This document shows positions 1 to 12,111 of a stretch of 64,000 bases of DNA, in pieces. Source of the DNA: Amoebophrya sp. A120 (Eukaryota > Protista > Dinoflagellata); assembly GCA_905178155.1 (NCBI GenBank), contig CAJINV010000006.1:2768658-2832657 (forward strand), written 5' to 3'. Under the pieces are notes generated by a model, which did no database searches, was not told the DNA's origin, and worked only from the letters and a program-made list of their open reading frames with translations. Position 1 is the first letter of the stretch. Every line of letters starts with the position of its first letter. Position numbers and translations under genes: made by a program.

Positions 1-65
1 AGTCATGGAAAACCTGCATGACAAGTCTGGCATTTTTCCAGACCCAGACATTTTTACATTTGATA
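1..65. mobile_element. Introner family A (right end only)
   Basis: TTCCAGACCCAGACATTTTTACATTTGATA. Confidence 0.85.
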
Positions 66-3000
66 CTGCTGCTGCCTCCCGGGGGAACTCCACGACCCGG
101 AGCACGAGAATTATTTGAAAAGATCCGCCTATCGAATGCAAATATGTTTGGGTCTGAAAGGATGCAGGGCTTGTCATGCTTATCTGGCATGACTGAAAAG
201 TTTGTGATGCGTGTCCGAGAAGAGATCCTTGTGTTTGTCACGCAAAAACGCAGTTCGTCATGCGGAAAACGCAACACTAAGCCGCGCAAATATTTCTCAT
301 GCTTGGCTGCGCATTGCAGAGAATTCACTACTCACAGCTCGGCATTACAAGTTTCCAGAGCCAGACATATTTGCATGTGATACCGCCGCCGCCATGGCAA
401 AGAATTCGCAGGTCTACATCAACATCGTTCCCGGGAATTTTATGTCGTCAGAAATCCTGAACGCGTGCAGCCACCTGCTCGGCTGTTTAGTCATCCCGCT
501 TTTGTACACGCGGTTGTTTTATGCCTTGCAAATATGTCCTCTGGGTGTGAAAGATTGGGCGAGGTTGTCATGCAAATCGTGCATGACCCGCGATCTCTGT
601 GATGCATGCTCTAGCATCACAGCTTTTGCGAAGGCTTCCTCATGCCTGTCCTGCATGAGAGAAGTGCCCACCACCTCTCCGGCGGGTGGCAACATTCTGA
701 GTGCCTTTTGCTGTTCATGCAACACAGATTTTTGCATAGTCGTGAGTTAGCATCGCAAATCCCATTCTTCCCAGACCCAGAACGATATTTGCATTTGATA
801 AGTTTTCGATCATCAGAGAGTTCGAGAATTTCATGGAAAACAAGATGCCCAGCAGCGTCTTATCCTGTGCAAAAGTATCGTACTCGTACAACTGCAAGTT
901 TAGCATCACAAATCTTGTTTCCGGAAGGAAAATCTGCATTACAAATTTTATTTCTCATGCTGAGGAAATTTGTAATGCATTTATACGAGCACGATACTTT
1001 TACAATGCATATGTCTTTCAGAACTACAATGGCGCGGCCCACAACAATTTTCCTCCTCCACCCCCTTGGCAACAAGATTACTACAACGACTTTCTTGATC
1101 CCGCGTCCCCCGCCGCACAATCTGCCCACAATTTCTCCCTCATGCAGAACCTGGGAACCTTCGCGCTGGGGACGTTTCTTTTCACGGCTTTTATAATGTT
1201 TTTGAACAGTTGCGTTTACCACGCGTTGTTCTACGTGGTGCGAAGCAACCAAGCCATGCAGGTGCTGGACCACAGCGGAATTTATTGCCTAATCGCCGGG
1301 ACTATCAGATGCAAATATGGCTGGGTCTGGAAAGTTGTGATGCTAATATCCGAAAGATACGCAAACGGTATTGCGGAGTCGCGCATGACAAGTTTCTGTG
1401 TACTAGCTACGTCTAGCGTTAAGCGCATGACAAATTGCATTTTTACATAGCAAACAAGTGGCGTTGTAGCGCAACAAGCATGACAGACTTTTTTGCATTG
1501 CCGGCCGAGCATGACAGGCTTGCATTCTTCCAGACCCAGACAAATTTGCAATCCATAGGGACCTATTTTCCGATCATCGTCATTGGCTGCGACAACACGT
1601 ATAATGCAGTTGTGCCGGGGATGTGGTATACTAGTAGGTACTTCGACAGCAGTAGCAGCAGCAGTGCGACCAACGGAAATAATAACAGCTTCACCGGAAC
1701 CAATTCCACACCTTCCCCAACAGCACAGTACGGTCCACTGGTTCTCCTTTTGGTGTACTTGATTCTCACCTTCCTCGGTTTGACCATCTCGATTCAGTGC
1801 CACGCGAAAAAGTGGTACCCGAATTTTGTCGTAGTGATGTACGTCGTCATGGGGTTTCTCGGCGCACCGTACATGCTAACGACGTGCTTTGTCGGGCCGG
1901 CGGAGGAATGTGGGTGGAACAACAATCCGGCGCAAATGTACAACGGGAACTTGTCGAGTTTCAACCTCGTCCCCAGTGACGAAAACGTGAAATCTATGCT
2001 GTGTAAAAACGTCCCCACACCAGAGTCGAGATGGAGATTTTGCAACACAAACCTAGAGCTTTTGGGGGTCACGCATCACAAGTTGCAGTCCGTAGCGTAG
2101 TGCAGGTTCGCAAGGCCAGCTGCATCAAAAATCCATCTGCTCATCCCGGTCACAGCATTACAAATGCCGAAACACGATTGGAAATGCCTTTCATGGGGAA
2201 GCGCATTACAAGTGTTCCTGTCATTGCAAATCTGCATGACAACTCCGGGGTGGGTACGTTTTTACACAGGATAAAATCCCACTACTGGTGGGCGAAGGCG
2301 TTAATCGCGCTCGGCGGGGCGTTCTACCTGTTTATCAAAAGGAAAAATCCCCCCTCCCCATATCAAAAGGAAGTTTCTGCTGCTGGATTTGCGTAGACAA
2401 ATCAGGTTTGTATTGTAGAGAGGCATTGCGGGCAGATCTCCAGGCTAGATAGGGGCTTATGTGTCTAGTTGCTCAGCATGGCAAACGGCTCCCCTTTAGG
2501 CCCAGCAGCATGACAAATCGCCTCCATAATGGGGCGAAAGCTCCTGCCCTCGTCTTCTTGCAAGATGCATATGATTTGTGACCTCAAATCAGCAATACAA
2601 GTTTTCGGAGTCATACCTTTTCGATATGGGGAGGGGGGATTTTTCCTTTCAATACTGTTTGGCGTGTATTTTTTCCTGCAGCGGCAGTACCCCTTCTACC
2701 ACGTGATCTGGCACCTGTTCGTCTATGGCTTGTTCAGCTGTTACAATCTCAAGCGTTACAATAGAATATGGAAATCTGTGATGCAAGAAGTGCATGAGCT
2801 AACATACTGTCACAGAATTGCGCATGACAGGTTCTGGAGTCCTAAGCTGCAGTAGAATCTGCCGAAATTTCTATTGCAGAAAGTGGAACGCTCTGCGAGT
2901 CTGTCATGCTCATCACGCAAGACAAATCCCAGACTCTATTGTAACGTTTTAGATTCTAACGTTTGAGCAGGTCATATCGTCATCTTCGCGTTTTTGGCGC

Positions 3001-3131
3001 ACTACGGCGCCATTGAGGCGGTGGTGGAAGCGAGCATTGAGAAACAGAAAGCGCGCAGGTGGATACAGATTGTCCTGGCCGCGGGAAGGAAGGACTGGCA
3101 CGATGGCGCGGTGATCGCCGGGGGTGATTGA
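1..3131 (+). CDS. Hemolysin III / PAQR family membrane protein (5' end outside window), 8 introners
   Basis: Spliced translation contains EILNACSHLLG, SCVYHAL, VLDHSGIYCLIAGTYFP, MYVVMGFLG, GGAFYLFGVYFF and YHVIWHLFV, the HlyIII/PAQR signature motifs. TGA at 3129-3131. Confidence 0.9.
130..382. mobile_element. Introner family A (TIR TATCAAATGCAAAAATGTCTGGGTCTGGAA)
   Basis: Direct repeats CCGCC/CCGCC. Confidence 0.9.
520..800. mobile_element. Introner family A
   Basis: DR TGTTT/AGTTT. Confidence 0.88.
861..1011. mobile_element. Introner family B (TIR TATCCTGTGCAAAAGTATCGTACTCGTA)
   Basis: DR CGTCT/TGTCT. Confidence 0.9.
1303..1557. mobile_element. Introner family A
   Basis: DR GGGAC, restores IAGTYFP. 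Confidence 0.92.
1995..2273. mobile_element. Introner family C (TIR TATCCTGTGTAAAAACGTCCCCAC)
   Basis: DR AAATC. Confidence 0.9.
2333..2654. mobile_element. Introner family D (TIR TATCAAAAGGAAAAATCCCCCCTCCCCATATC)
   Basis: DR CTGTT. Confidence 0.92.
2724..2976. mobile_element. Introner family F (TIR TATGGCTTGYTCAG...TTACAAT)
   Basis: DR TCGTC. Confidence 0.9.
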
Positions 3132-4572
3132 GGACAGATCTAGAAGCTATACCGGCCTAAAACTCGTTGTTTTTCTACTTGGACTCATATCAGGACTACA
3201 CCGGGATAGTACTGTAGTTGGTGAAGAAGAAGATGATGAAAACCGAGCAGGAAGAACAGAGTTTATTTGGAGAAAAAGCTGCACGACCCTGCCAAAAAGC
3301 TGGAAATAAACAGCAAAATATCAAAGAAACGAAATGGGGGCTTGCAGCAGTCCTCGTGCTGTCATTGCAACGATGAAATGGGTCCGTGCGTTAGGTCCTT
3401 TTCATCACTCTCTGAATGAAACCTCGCGCTGCGGATTTTCCATAGGTCTGGTTCAAGTTTATCATCAAACACACAGAACTACTAGTTCTAGAGCGTAGCA
3501 GATTCAAATGTTACCTACACATAGCCCTTAAGTATCTGATCTCACGCCTTTTGCGGAGGTCGTACCACGACGCAGCGAGTAAAAAAGATGACCCGAAGAT
3601 CGGAATAAATATGTGTAATAGCGCTAGTTAGTTAGTGTTAAGCCAACATCCTACCTGTAGTTCCTAGCCAACAGTGATGCAGAGAGCTCGGCGCAAGAAG
3701 ATAAAAAAAAATCGCTGGGGAAAAAAGACCGTGAGACTTGCACCTTCACTGCCAGTCTCAACAGGCCATAGACATATATCTTCAGTTGGGTACATCATCA
3801 TCATCAAGCAGCACCCGCATCTACTCTGTCGCTCACCCCGCACTGTAGTTGTCCTGTAGTAGTTTCATCTCTTTTGACCCCGCTAAGTGTAATGGCGCAT
3901 AGCGGTTTTTTCATTTTCTGATTGACCGTCATCCTCACTTTTAGACTTACGTCGACAGTTTTTCCACAGGCGTGCCTTAATATCGTTTTTCTGCACGTGA
4001 CGCACAAAGAAGATATCAAGCTGCAGCATATAATTACTCCACGCATTTTGTTTCCTGAAACCCCGCACTGCGATGTCTGACTCTGGTTGGACGAGTTGGA
4101 TGGTGTTCTGCAGGACAGCACATGGGCCGCCGCACGGTTTCACAGCGAATCGGAAGCGAGAGTTGTCGGAAGGGAGCACGAAGTTGTTTGAAAAGCGGAT
4201 TACAGCACCACCACTTCGCCCCAGAAGATTGATCCCGAGGTGTAGAAGACTCCTCGTAATGATGTTGCCTCGAGTCACTCGAAGTGCTTTTTGGGCGTTA
4301 TTTTTGTTAAAGCATTTTTTAAAGATTAAAACAAAAAACTGTACTGAAATTTTGATTTGTACGTGTATGATTCACTTACTACTCGCTTGAGAAGAACAAG
4401 AAATACTGCGCTGTGCAGGATTAGGAGCAGGAACGCATATAATTTTTTGGCAGCAGGAACAAAGAAGACTACAAAACTACAAATTTACTTTTTACGAAAA
4501 CGAAGTTACTGCACAGGAGGCTATTAATTAACATCCAGAACCACGACGTCGGTCATTACATTAAAGCCTTGG

Positions 4573-4587
4573 CTTCGATAATAATAA
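4573..4587 (+). mobile_element. 15-bp 3' remnant of a (TAA)n-tailed non-LTR retroelement
   Basis: CTTCGATAATAATAA between 16-bp direct repeats TACATTAAAGCCTTGG (4557-4572, 4588-4603). Matches the 3' end of 29032-29940. Confidence 0.75.
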
Positions 4588-7477
4588 TACATTAAAGCCT
4601 TGGATGACTGTGATGGTGATATTCGAGCTAGACTCGAACTGTTGTGCTCAGGTAGAAGAGGAAGATTGTGACTGTGCTGGTCGCGCCGGGGAGAAGCAAT
4701 TGGATTGATGGTCTTACGGCTTTTGAAGGGGAGAGATACATAGATTAAACTTTTTGAACAGGACGAAGGGATGGATTTTTTAGAAGCTACTGCGGGAGGA
4801 GGTGGACAGCTCTTTGCACTCTACTTCAGGACAACAGCTCCACACTGTTGGGTTTGATGAACAAAATGGTAGGAACAGGTGCAGAGAAAAAGTGAAAGGT
4901 CGTGGAAAACAACAAAAGACAAATTACATAAAAGGCAAAATATGCAAGGAAATTGGTTTCCAGCAGTCGGGAGTTCCTCCTCACTGTCTTGTTCTTCGGG
5001 CTGTTCAATCCAATTGAGTACTTACCTCTGTTGAGCACGCGACGTGAGTAGACCTACTTTGCTGCAGAGTTACCTGCAAACCTGACCACGAAAGAGAGAG
5101 AGAGAAAAGGGTGCCGCAGCAGTGGAGTGCAGTGTTTCGTGCATTGGTATCAGAGAGAGGAGTTGAAGTTTTTCAAACGAGCACGTCTTTCAAATATAAG
5201 TAACTTGACTGCTTGCTGTTCGGCTCTGCATGGAGAGCCGAGGAGCGGTGCCGGGCGTCTTGCAGGGGGTGGGGCCGGGCGTCTTTGGTTGTGTCGTGTG
5301 CCCTTTTTTCGCGCTGCGCCGCGCCGGCTGCCTGGTCCATACGGTGTCAAGGGCAGGAGCGCCGCGCCAGCGGGCGCGCGAAGTACGCGCGAGGCCGGCG
5401 GAGTGTCAAAGGCGACTCTTCGACGCGGATACCTTGGCAGAAACAGGCGCCCCCTGCTAAGCGCGCCATCGAAAAGCAACGCAGGCGCCGGCCCGGAAGC
5501 CTCGCCCTCTCGCCGCAGCAGCGGCGCCCAGCCCCGGCGCCCGCGCTTGCTTGCGCGGCGCTTTTTCACGTGCCCCCGCTGCCCCCGCGCACGCATGGCC
5601 CGCTGCCCGCCCCGCCAGCGGGGCGGCCCAGCGGCAGGCCGCGGGCCCTCTGCGACTGACAGACTCTGGTGCTACTAACCCGGGCGCGCCGGGCGCTGCC
5701 ATGCGTGGCGTGCTTGGCGGCAGTTGTTAGGGTCCCGGCCGGCGCGCCGTATTGCGAGCGCGTTCGAGTTGTGTGAACCAATACGCAGTGCGCGCGCCGG
5801 GGCGAGTGAGGAAGGCCGCACAGAGCAGGGCGCCATGTTCGAGGCAGCCCTTACGTGTTATTCTCGAGGCCCTCGTAGAGCCGACGACGCTCGGAAGGAA
5901 GTACGCCGAAGAGGGGCAGGAAAGTAACAGGAGACAAGACCAGCGGAAAAACCACCGAAAAAGGGGACAGTCTCGCACCTTCCGCGTCGAGACTATGTCA
6001 AAGTGGGTTCGTTATTTATCTATGGCTTTACAGCTATTGCGATGCTCAACTATACACTGGGCTTGAGTGTGGAAGTCGCGTCTTGTTTTTTCTTCTGCAC
6101 CGGTTTCTGGATCTGATAATGAGAGCGACGGAGAGTGCTGGTTCAGGAGCAGAGAGAAGACTTTCTTGTACTTGGGCAGAAAGTATTTAAGTAGTTTGTG
6201 TGACGTTCACGTTCTGAGTGCACATCCGCGACGGGTGAGAAATGTGATGTACTGAGTGTGTATGTGGTACTCTGACGAGAAGAGCTGTGGGCGGCATATA
6301 TCTTATAATGCTTCAGAATCAACTTAAGTAGCTGCGAAGGGGCAGGCATGTTGCTTCTCCTTACGCGTGTTTCGCGGTTGACGTTGTGGCGTTTGTTGCA
6401 CAGCATGGGGCGAGCTGCCGCAATGTGGAGCGGGCCAGGGGGGGCGCGGGGTGAGTAACGCGCGACGCCCCCGGGTCATCGATCAGACTGTCGCGCGACT
6501 GCCGAGCATGGGGCCGCGCGGAAACTGGCCGAGCCGCCCCGACAAGAAAACGAATTGGGAACCGCCCCTACAGCAATAACGGAGGACGCAGCGCGCGCGT
6601 TGGCGGCCGCAGGCACTTGGCTCGGTATTTAAGAACGCTTGGCCTAGGTTGCCCCTCCGAAGCGCGCCACGGGCGCCGCACTACCGGCGCCGCGCGCGCG
6701 CCGTTCTTCCACCGGCCCGGCCGGCGCTGCTTTACCTTTGCCGGCCTTCGGGCTTGTCCGGCCGGAACGGGCCGCGCCGTGTTTTGGCTAGTGGCGCCGC
6801 GATTCGTTGACGGCCCCTCCATCTGTCCGGCCGGGACCCATCCCCGCCGGGAAAAGAATCAGGCGGAGGCGGAGGCGGGCGCCTGCGCCGCTCCGGCTCA
6901 GTCTTTGCAACTCATTTCCGCGCGAGTGGAGGGGGGTGGCGCCCCAGTTTCGCTTCGCTGCTGCCAATGTACCTATGCAAGTAAGGGGCCGGGAGTGTAT
7001 GGCACCGACCCAAGCAAAGGCAGTAGAGCTAGAGCACGTAGCAACCGCAGCACAGCTCATGCATGTTGCGGCAATGGCCGCGCCGGAACGTGTTCACTTT
7101 CTTCAGGTTCAGGCAACGGGGCGTGCAAACACGGTCCAGAGGAGGAACAACACAACAGGCAAAAACGAGAGGAGCCACTTCTGATGTCCGGAAAGAGCGC
7201 CCCGTCATTCTTGAGCGCCGTCTTCATCTTTGCCGTGAGTGGGCAGCGAGTGTTGGTGTGGAATTTGCCAAGAGGCAGGAACGCAGCATTATCAAATCTT
7301 GTTGAACGCAAAGCAGTGCATTTCTATTTGCGCATCAGCAGAACAAACCAGAGCTGTTGCCGGCGCGATTTCGCTCTTGTTATCGTTTAGTAATCCGAAA
7401 TACGCTATTGAGATCAAGCCATGCCCTCCTGTTTCTCTCCCTCGACGCGAAACAAAGGGAAACCGAACTGCGACACC

Positions 7478-10400
7478 ATGGCCGCCGGGCTCGACTCCAG
7501 CAAGTACAAAATGACCGTTCCTTCTTTCCTCTCCGACAACGTTCCGCCCATGGGGATTTACGAAACCCTCTACGCCTTCAAGGATTCGTTCGGCGCGTTC
7601 ATGGGCACGTATGACAGTGCGCACGTCCCCCTCGTTCTCATTTCTCATGCAAAATACTAAATCCACGCTTTGCTTCTTGGCACAGGTTTGCATGACAAGT
7701 TCTGGTAGTCCAAAAAGCACTACAGTCCAGTGCAAGTTTGTCATGCAAAACCGGCATTCTTGCTGAAGCTGATGCTTGTACTATTGCCTTTCATGCTATA
7801 CAAATGAGCGGAAGCAGGGGGAGCTGTGCACTGTTATAGCACGGAGGGAACCCACCCCTGGTCCCAGGGCTTTCCGCTGACGACCAAACTGACGGTATCC
7901 TGAGTAAAAACGATCCCACACGACCAGAGTCAAGTTGGGAAACCTGCAAGAAAAATACACAAGCTTTGGCTGTTTCGCATGACAAGTTTGGGCTCGCAAT
8001 GTAAGAATCGCGCTCAGCTAGTGCAGAAGCGTCACAAATCCAGCGCATTATGCTGATTCGAGCATCACAAATTCCAGAACACGACTAGAGAGTGCTTCTC
8101 GTCGGGCTCCGCATGATAAACAGTTGGAGCATGCCGACTTGCATGACAGCTAGGGGGTGGTGACGTTTTTACACAGGATGCATGGGCGACCCGGCTGACC
8201 CGGCGGACGGCCCGGAGTTGCCGTCCTCGGTGGAATATCCATTGCAAATGTATCGATTCTACTCGTAGTTACCTTGCAGAGTTTTACTTATGCCGAAAAT
8301 GATAAAACTGCTTTAGCATCTGAAAAGTCTGCATAACAAACTCCACTATCCTTTTTGAGGATGAACAAAGAAGTTGTAAAATGCAACTTCTACCACCTGT
8401 ATCTCTCTCGAACGAGTGTAGAAGTTGTGGTTGTGCGAAGACACGACTTGTTTTGCAATGCATATGAAAGTGACTTTCGAAGACCGGTTTTACCCGAAGG
8501 CCTGGGGCCACCCAGCGCTGCGGAAAACGATTGCGGACTACTACAACAAGTATTACGTGAACGACCCAAAGTGCAACGAGGGGTTGTCGGATGAGGAGAG
8601 GAAATTGAAGGAAACGTACTTGATATGGAACGAAGAAACTGTGTAGTATCGGGTGTCTTCGGGTGACAGCATGACAAATTTGTTCTGCATGACAAAGAAA
8701 TGCTGTCATGCACAGATAGTACGTGAAAACAAAACACCTTATAAAATAGGACGTCATGGCTGGCTAGCATGACAACTGTAACACTGTTGCATGTTTTGCA
8801 TGACAGACTTACACTTACCCAGTTTTTTTCTTCCATACCTGAACAAGACGCCGATTGATGAGGAGAACATCATGATTTTCGCCGGCGGCAGATATCGAAA
8901 GGAAAAATCCCCCCTCCCCATATCAAAACGGAATTTCTGATGCTGGATTTGTGTACACAAATCAGGTTTGTATTGCAGAGAGGCACTCCGGCCAAATCCC
9001 CAGGCTAGGTAGGGCCGTATGGGTCTAGTTGTTCAGCATGGCAAGTGGGTCACTTTTAGGGCCAACAGCATGGCAAATCGCTTCCCTAGTGGGGCGGAAG
9101 CTTCTGCCCTTGTCTTCTTGCAATACAAATGCGATTTGCGACCTCAAAGCAGCAACGCAAATTTTCAGAAACATACCTTTTCGATATGGGGAGGGGGGAT
9201 TTTTGCTTTTGATAGCAGACCGGGCATCTACACAGTGCTGGCTTTTTTGAAGAAGGATGTGGAAGTCAGGATCAGCAACATGGAGTGGCCCGCGTATCTG
9301 GATATTATGGAGGTATTTATAAGTAGCTTTGATGATGACTTTGTTTGCTTTGCTTGATTAGATGCGTTGTTGACGCATGTTTTTTATGATTTGCAAAACA
9401 GACACAGAGCATGAGAAACTGCACCACAATTGAAATCTCACATGCCACACACCGGTGATCTACTACATCGAAACATCAGGCCACGAACACTTCCTGGACC
9501 GTCGTCCCGTGCAACCTGGAAAACGAATTCCGCCCGACAAACGACCAGTACTACGAAATTAGGAAGACTTTGAACTACAAGAAAAAAATCTTCCCCATCA
9601 TCTCCAACCCCGGAAACCCCACCGGGCACGTCCGCTGCGGTGATGAGTTGATATGCACTACAATTTTTTTTTTTTCCTCGCACGTACAAAATGCATTGCT
9701 ATACAACTTGTCATGCTGATAACGATTGAAGGGGAGTTTTGTCATGCAGAAAAAGCATTTGCTTTTGGTACTTTGGTCGTGCACGGGAAATTGAAACTTT
9801 CTGTGGATAGTTGAAGCATTTGGTCCACACGTTGGCAGAGAAGAACGGCGAGGGTCTTTTGCTAGTATGCATGGCAAATATCATTTCTGCGTCTGGGAGC
9901 TCTAGAAACTTGCGTTGCTGATATTCGCATCGCAGAGCGTCTTAACAAATTTCATGGCATCACAAAAAAAAATCGCCAGTCGTGTTTTACGCATCACATA
10001 TCCTTCCTGTGCTTCAGGTCTCGCAACACAAATCCAGAGGAAATACCAGAGATACAACATATTTGCCCTGCATAACTGGACGAAGCGTACGAAATGTACC
10101 ACAACCCCGCGTATCAAATGCAACTATGCCTGGGTCTGGAAATTTGTGATGCAAAAATGTGCATGATGAAAACACTTCCTTATGCAGAACAGCATGACAA
10201 GTTTGCAGAGCACTTACTCATACGAACTCCGCATGAGAAACTGCGTTTTTGTATGACATGAGAGGCTGCCACTTTTGTTGGTCGTGCAATACAGAACTCA
10301 CAGGAATGCAGCACCAGCATTACAAGTTCCATCTTTCCAGATCCAGACATATTTGCAATGCATACCGCGGTCTCCGGCTTGGCCTACGCCGAGGATTTGG

Positions 10401-12111
10401 AAAACAGCAACCTGTTCTTCACCGGAGCTTGCACCAAGGGGTTGCAGTGTCCCGGGATTCGAATCGGGTGGATGATCGCGTCGAAGAAAAATATATGCAT
10501 TGCAAAAGTGTCGCACATTGACATTTGTCGTGCAGAATTAGGTAGAGGAAAAAGATGTGTCATGCAACAATGCAATTTGATACTAGGACGAGTGCGTGTT
10601 CGATCAACGTCTTTTGCAAAGGATAGAACATCGAAACTCTGTCCAACTTCTCCTCCTTCGGCATGGGCGGCGTCTCCCATCCAAGCCAGCACTACGCGGT
10701 GAAACTGTTCGAACCCGTCCGGGTGGCGCAAGCCAGGAAGGCCGTGCAGAAGCACTACGACTGGCAAAGGAAGCGGTACGGGGAGGCGTTCAAGGAACTG
10801 GGGCTGAAAATCCACACTGGTACTTACTGGACTCAATACAGAGTACAACTTATTTTTTGTGTCTAGTACTTGGTTTGCATGACAGAGGTCGTTTCGTTAT
10901 TAATGCGTAGCTCGTTATTTCGTTTGCTTAGTGAAAATGCGTTGTGAATTACTAGAACGAAAAAAAAAAAGGTAACGGCGGTTTCTACCACTGGCTGGAG
11001 CTTCCGGAGGGCATGTATCAACAGGAAAAATCCCCCCTCCCCATATCAAAACGAAACTTCTGATGCTGGCTTTTCTCGTACACAAATCCGATTTGTGTTG
11101 CAGTAAGGCAGCACAGCCAGATTTTCGGCCTAGGTGGGGGCGTTTGGGTCTAGTTGCTTAGCATTACAAACGGCTGTCCCCTAGGCGCAACAGCATACCA
11201 AACCGCTTCCATAATGGCGCGGCAGCCTCTGCGCTTGTCTTCTTGCAAGACAGACGCGACGCATGGTCTCAAATCAGCAACGCAAATCTTCGGAAACATA
11301 CCTTTTCGATATGGAGGGGAGGGGGGATTTTTCCTTACAATAGCATGGACTGCCGAGAACTGAACAAACGGCTATTCAAGAAGGGCGCCGCGATTCTCGA
11401 GGGGCCGATATCAAGATGAAAAATCCCCTCTCTCTGTATCGAAATATGAAGTTTCTGTTGCTGGATTTGCGTACACAAATAAGTTCTGTCTAGCAGCAGA
11501 GGACTGCAGTGAACTACTCCTCAGCCCGTTTAGGACAGTGAGGGTCTACTTCTAGCTGTCTAGCATGCCAAACGCCTGCCCTGTAGGCCCAACCGCATGA
11601 GAGCAAGTCCCTCGTCCCATAAGAAAGCGGCGCACCCCTCTGCGCTTGTCTCCTTGCAAGACAAAGCTGACTTGTGCTCACAAATCAGCATCACAGGTTT
11701 GGAGGGGGGATTTTTCCTCATGATAGCCGAACTGTGACATGGCCCGGCCGCATTCGAAGGACGAGAGTTACCAGAGCCCGTACCTGCGGTTCTTCCGGTT
11801 CTCTATCCAAGAAAAAAACGTTGTTAGTGTAAATTTGTGATGCGCAACATGCAAGTTGATTGCGTCTGTCATGCTTGGCATGCCTCTGAGAGTCCATTAA
11901 AGGGCGTTTTCCCGTACTATCTGCGCGTGACAGGTTTTTGCTGCCATGCCAGGCAAATTTGTAATGCTGTTCCTCCAAAAAAGTTGCACCTACAATGTTT
12001 TTTTCTTGGATATTCTCCTTCGGGCCGCTGTTGCCGGAAACTTTTGAAGAGGATGTGAAGATCTTTTCGGAAGTCTACAAGCAATACAAGAAAGACATCG
12101 GGATTGCGTAG
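7478..12111 (+). CDS. PLP-dependent aminotransferase class I/II, 12 introners + 2 GT-AG introns
   Basis: Spliced motifs WGHPALRKTIADYY, FAGGRPG, ISNPGNPTG, LLLDEAY, GACTKGLQCPGIRIGW (PLP lysine), GGFYHW, FFRFSFG. ATG 7478, TAG 12109-12111. Confidence 0.92.
7610..7838. mobile_element. Introner family E (TIR TATGACAGTGCACA)
   Basis: DR GCACG. Confidence 0.9.
7896..8179. mobile_element. Introner family C, right end and DR deleted
   Basis: Ends ACACAGGAT with no second GACGG. Confidence 0.75.
8236..8464. mobile_element. Introner, divergent B-like
   Basis: DR TGGAA/TGAAA. Confidence 0.85.
8624..8837. mobile_element. Introner family G (TIR TATSSAAGAAAAAAA-TGTG)
   Basis: DR CTTGA/CCTGA, close copy at 54629. 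Confidence 0.88.
8893..9214. mobile_element. Introner family D
   Basis: DR GCAGA. Confidence 0.92.
9313..9479 (+). other. Canonical GT-AG intron
   Basis: GAG|GTATTT...CATCAG|GCC, frame restored. Confidence 0.85.
9652..9809. mobile_element. Introner, unassigned/degenerate
   Basis: DR GTTGA. Confidence 0.85.
9866..10074. mobile_element. Introner, degenerate A-like
   Basis: DR GCTAG/ACTGG, restores LLLDEAY. Confidence 0.88.
10112..10364. mobile_element. Introner family A
   Basis: DR CCGCG. Confidence 0.9.
10494..10625. mobile_element. Introner, short B-like
   Basis: DR AAATA/GAACA. Confidence 0.82.
10820..10971 (+). other. Canonical GT-AG intron
   Basis: Restores HTGNGGFYHW. Confidence 0.85.
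11016..11342. mobile_element. Introner family D
   Basis: DR GCATG. Confidence 0.9.
11409..11725. mobile_element. Introner family D
   Basis: DR GCCGA. Confidence 0.9.
11804..12012. mobile_element. Introner family G
   Basis: DR TTCTC. Confidence 0.9.

Noticed and set aside
3804-4390. Short overlapping ORFs on both strands
   Set aside because: No recognisable homology or consistent splice structure.
5127-7390. ORFs of 148-257 aa in the GC-rich region
   Set aside because: Arg/Ala/Pro/Gly-rich in all frames, as expected from GC content alone, with no motifs.
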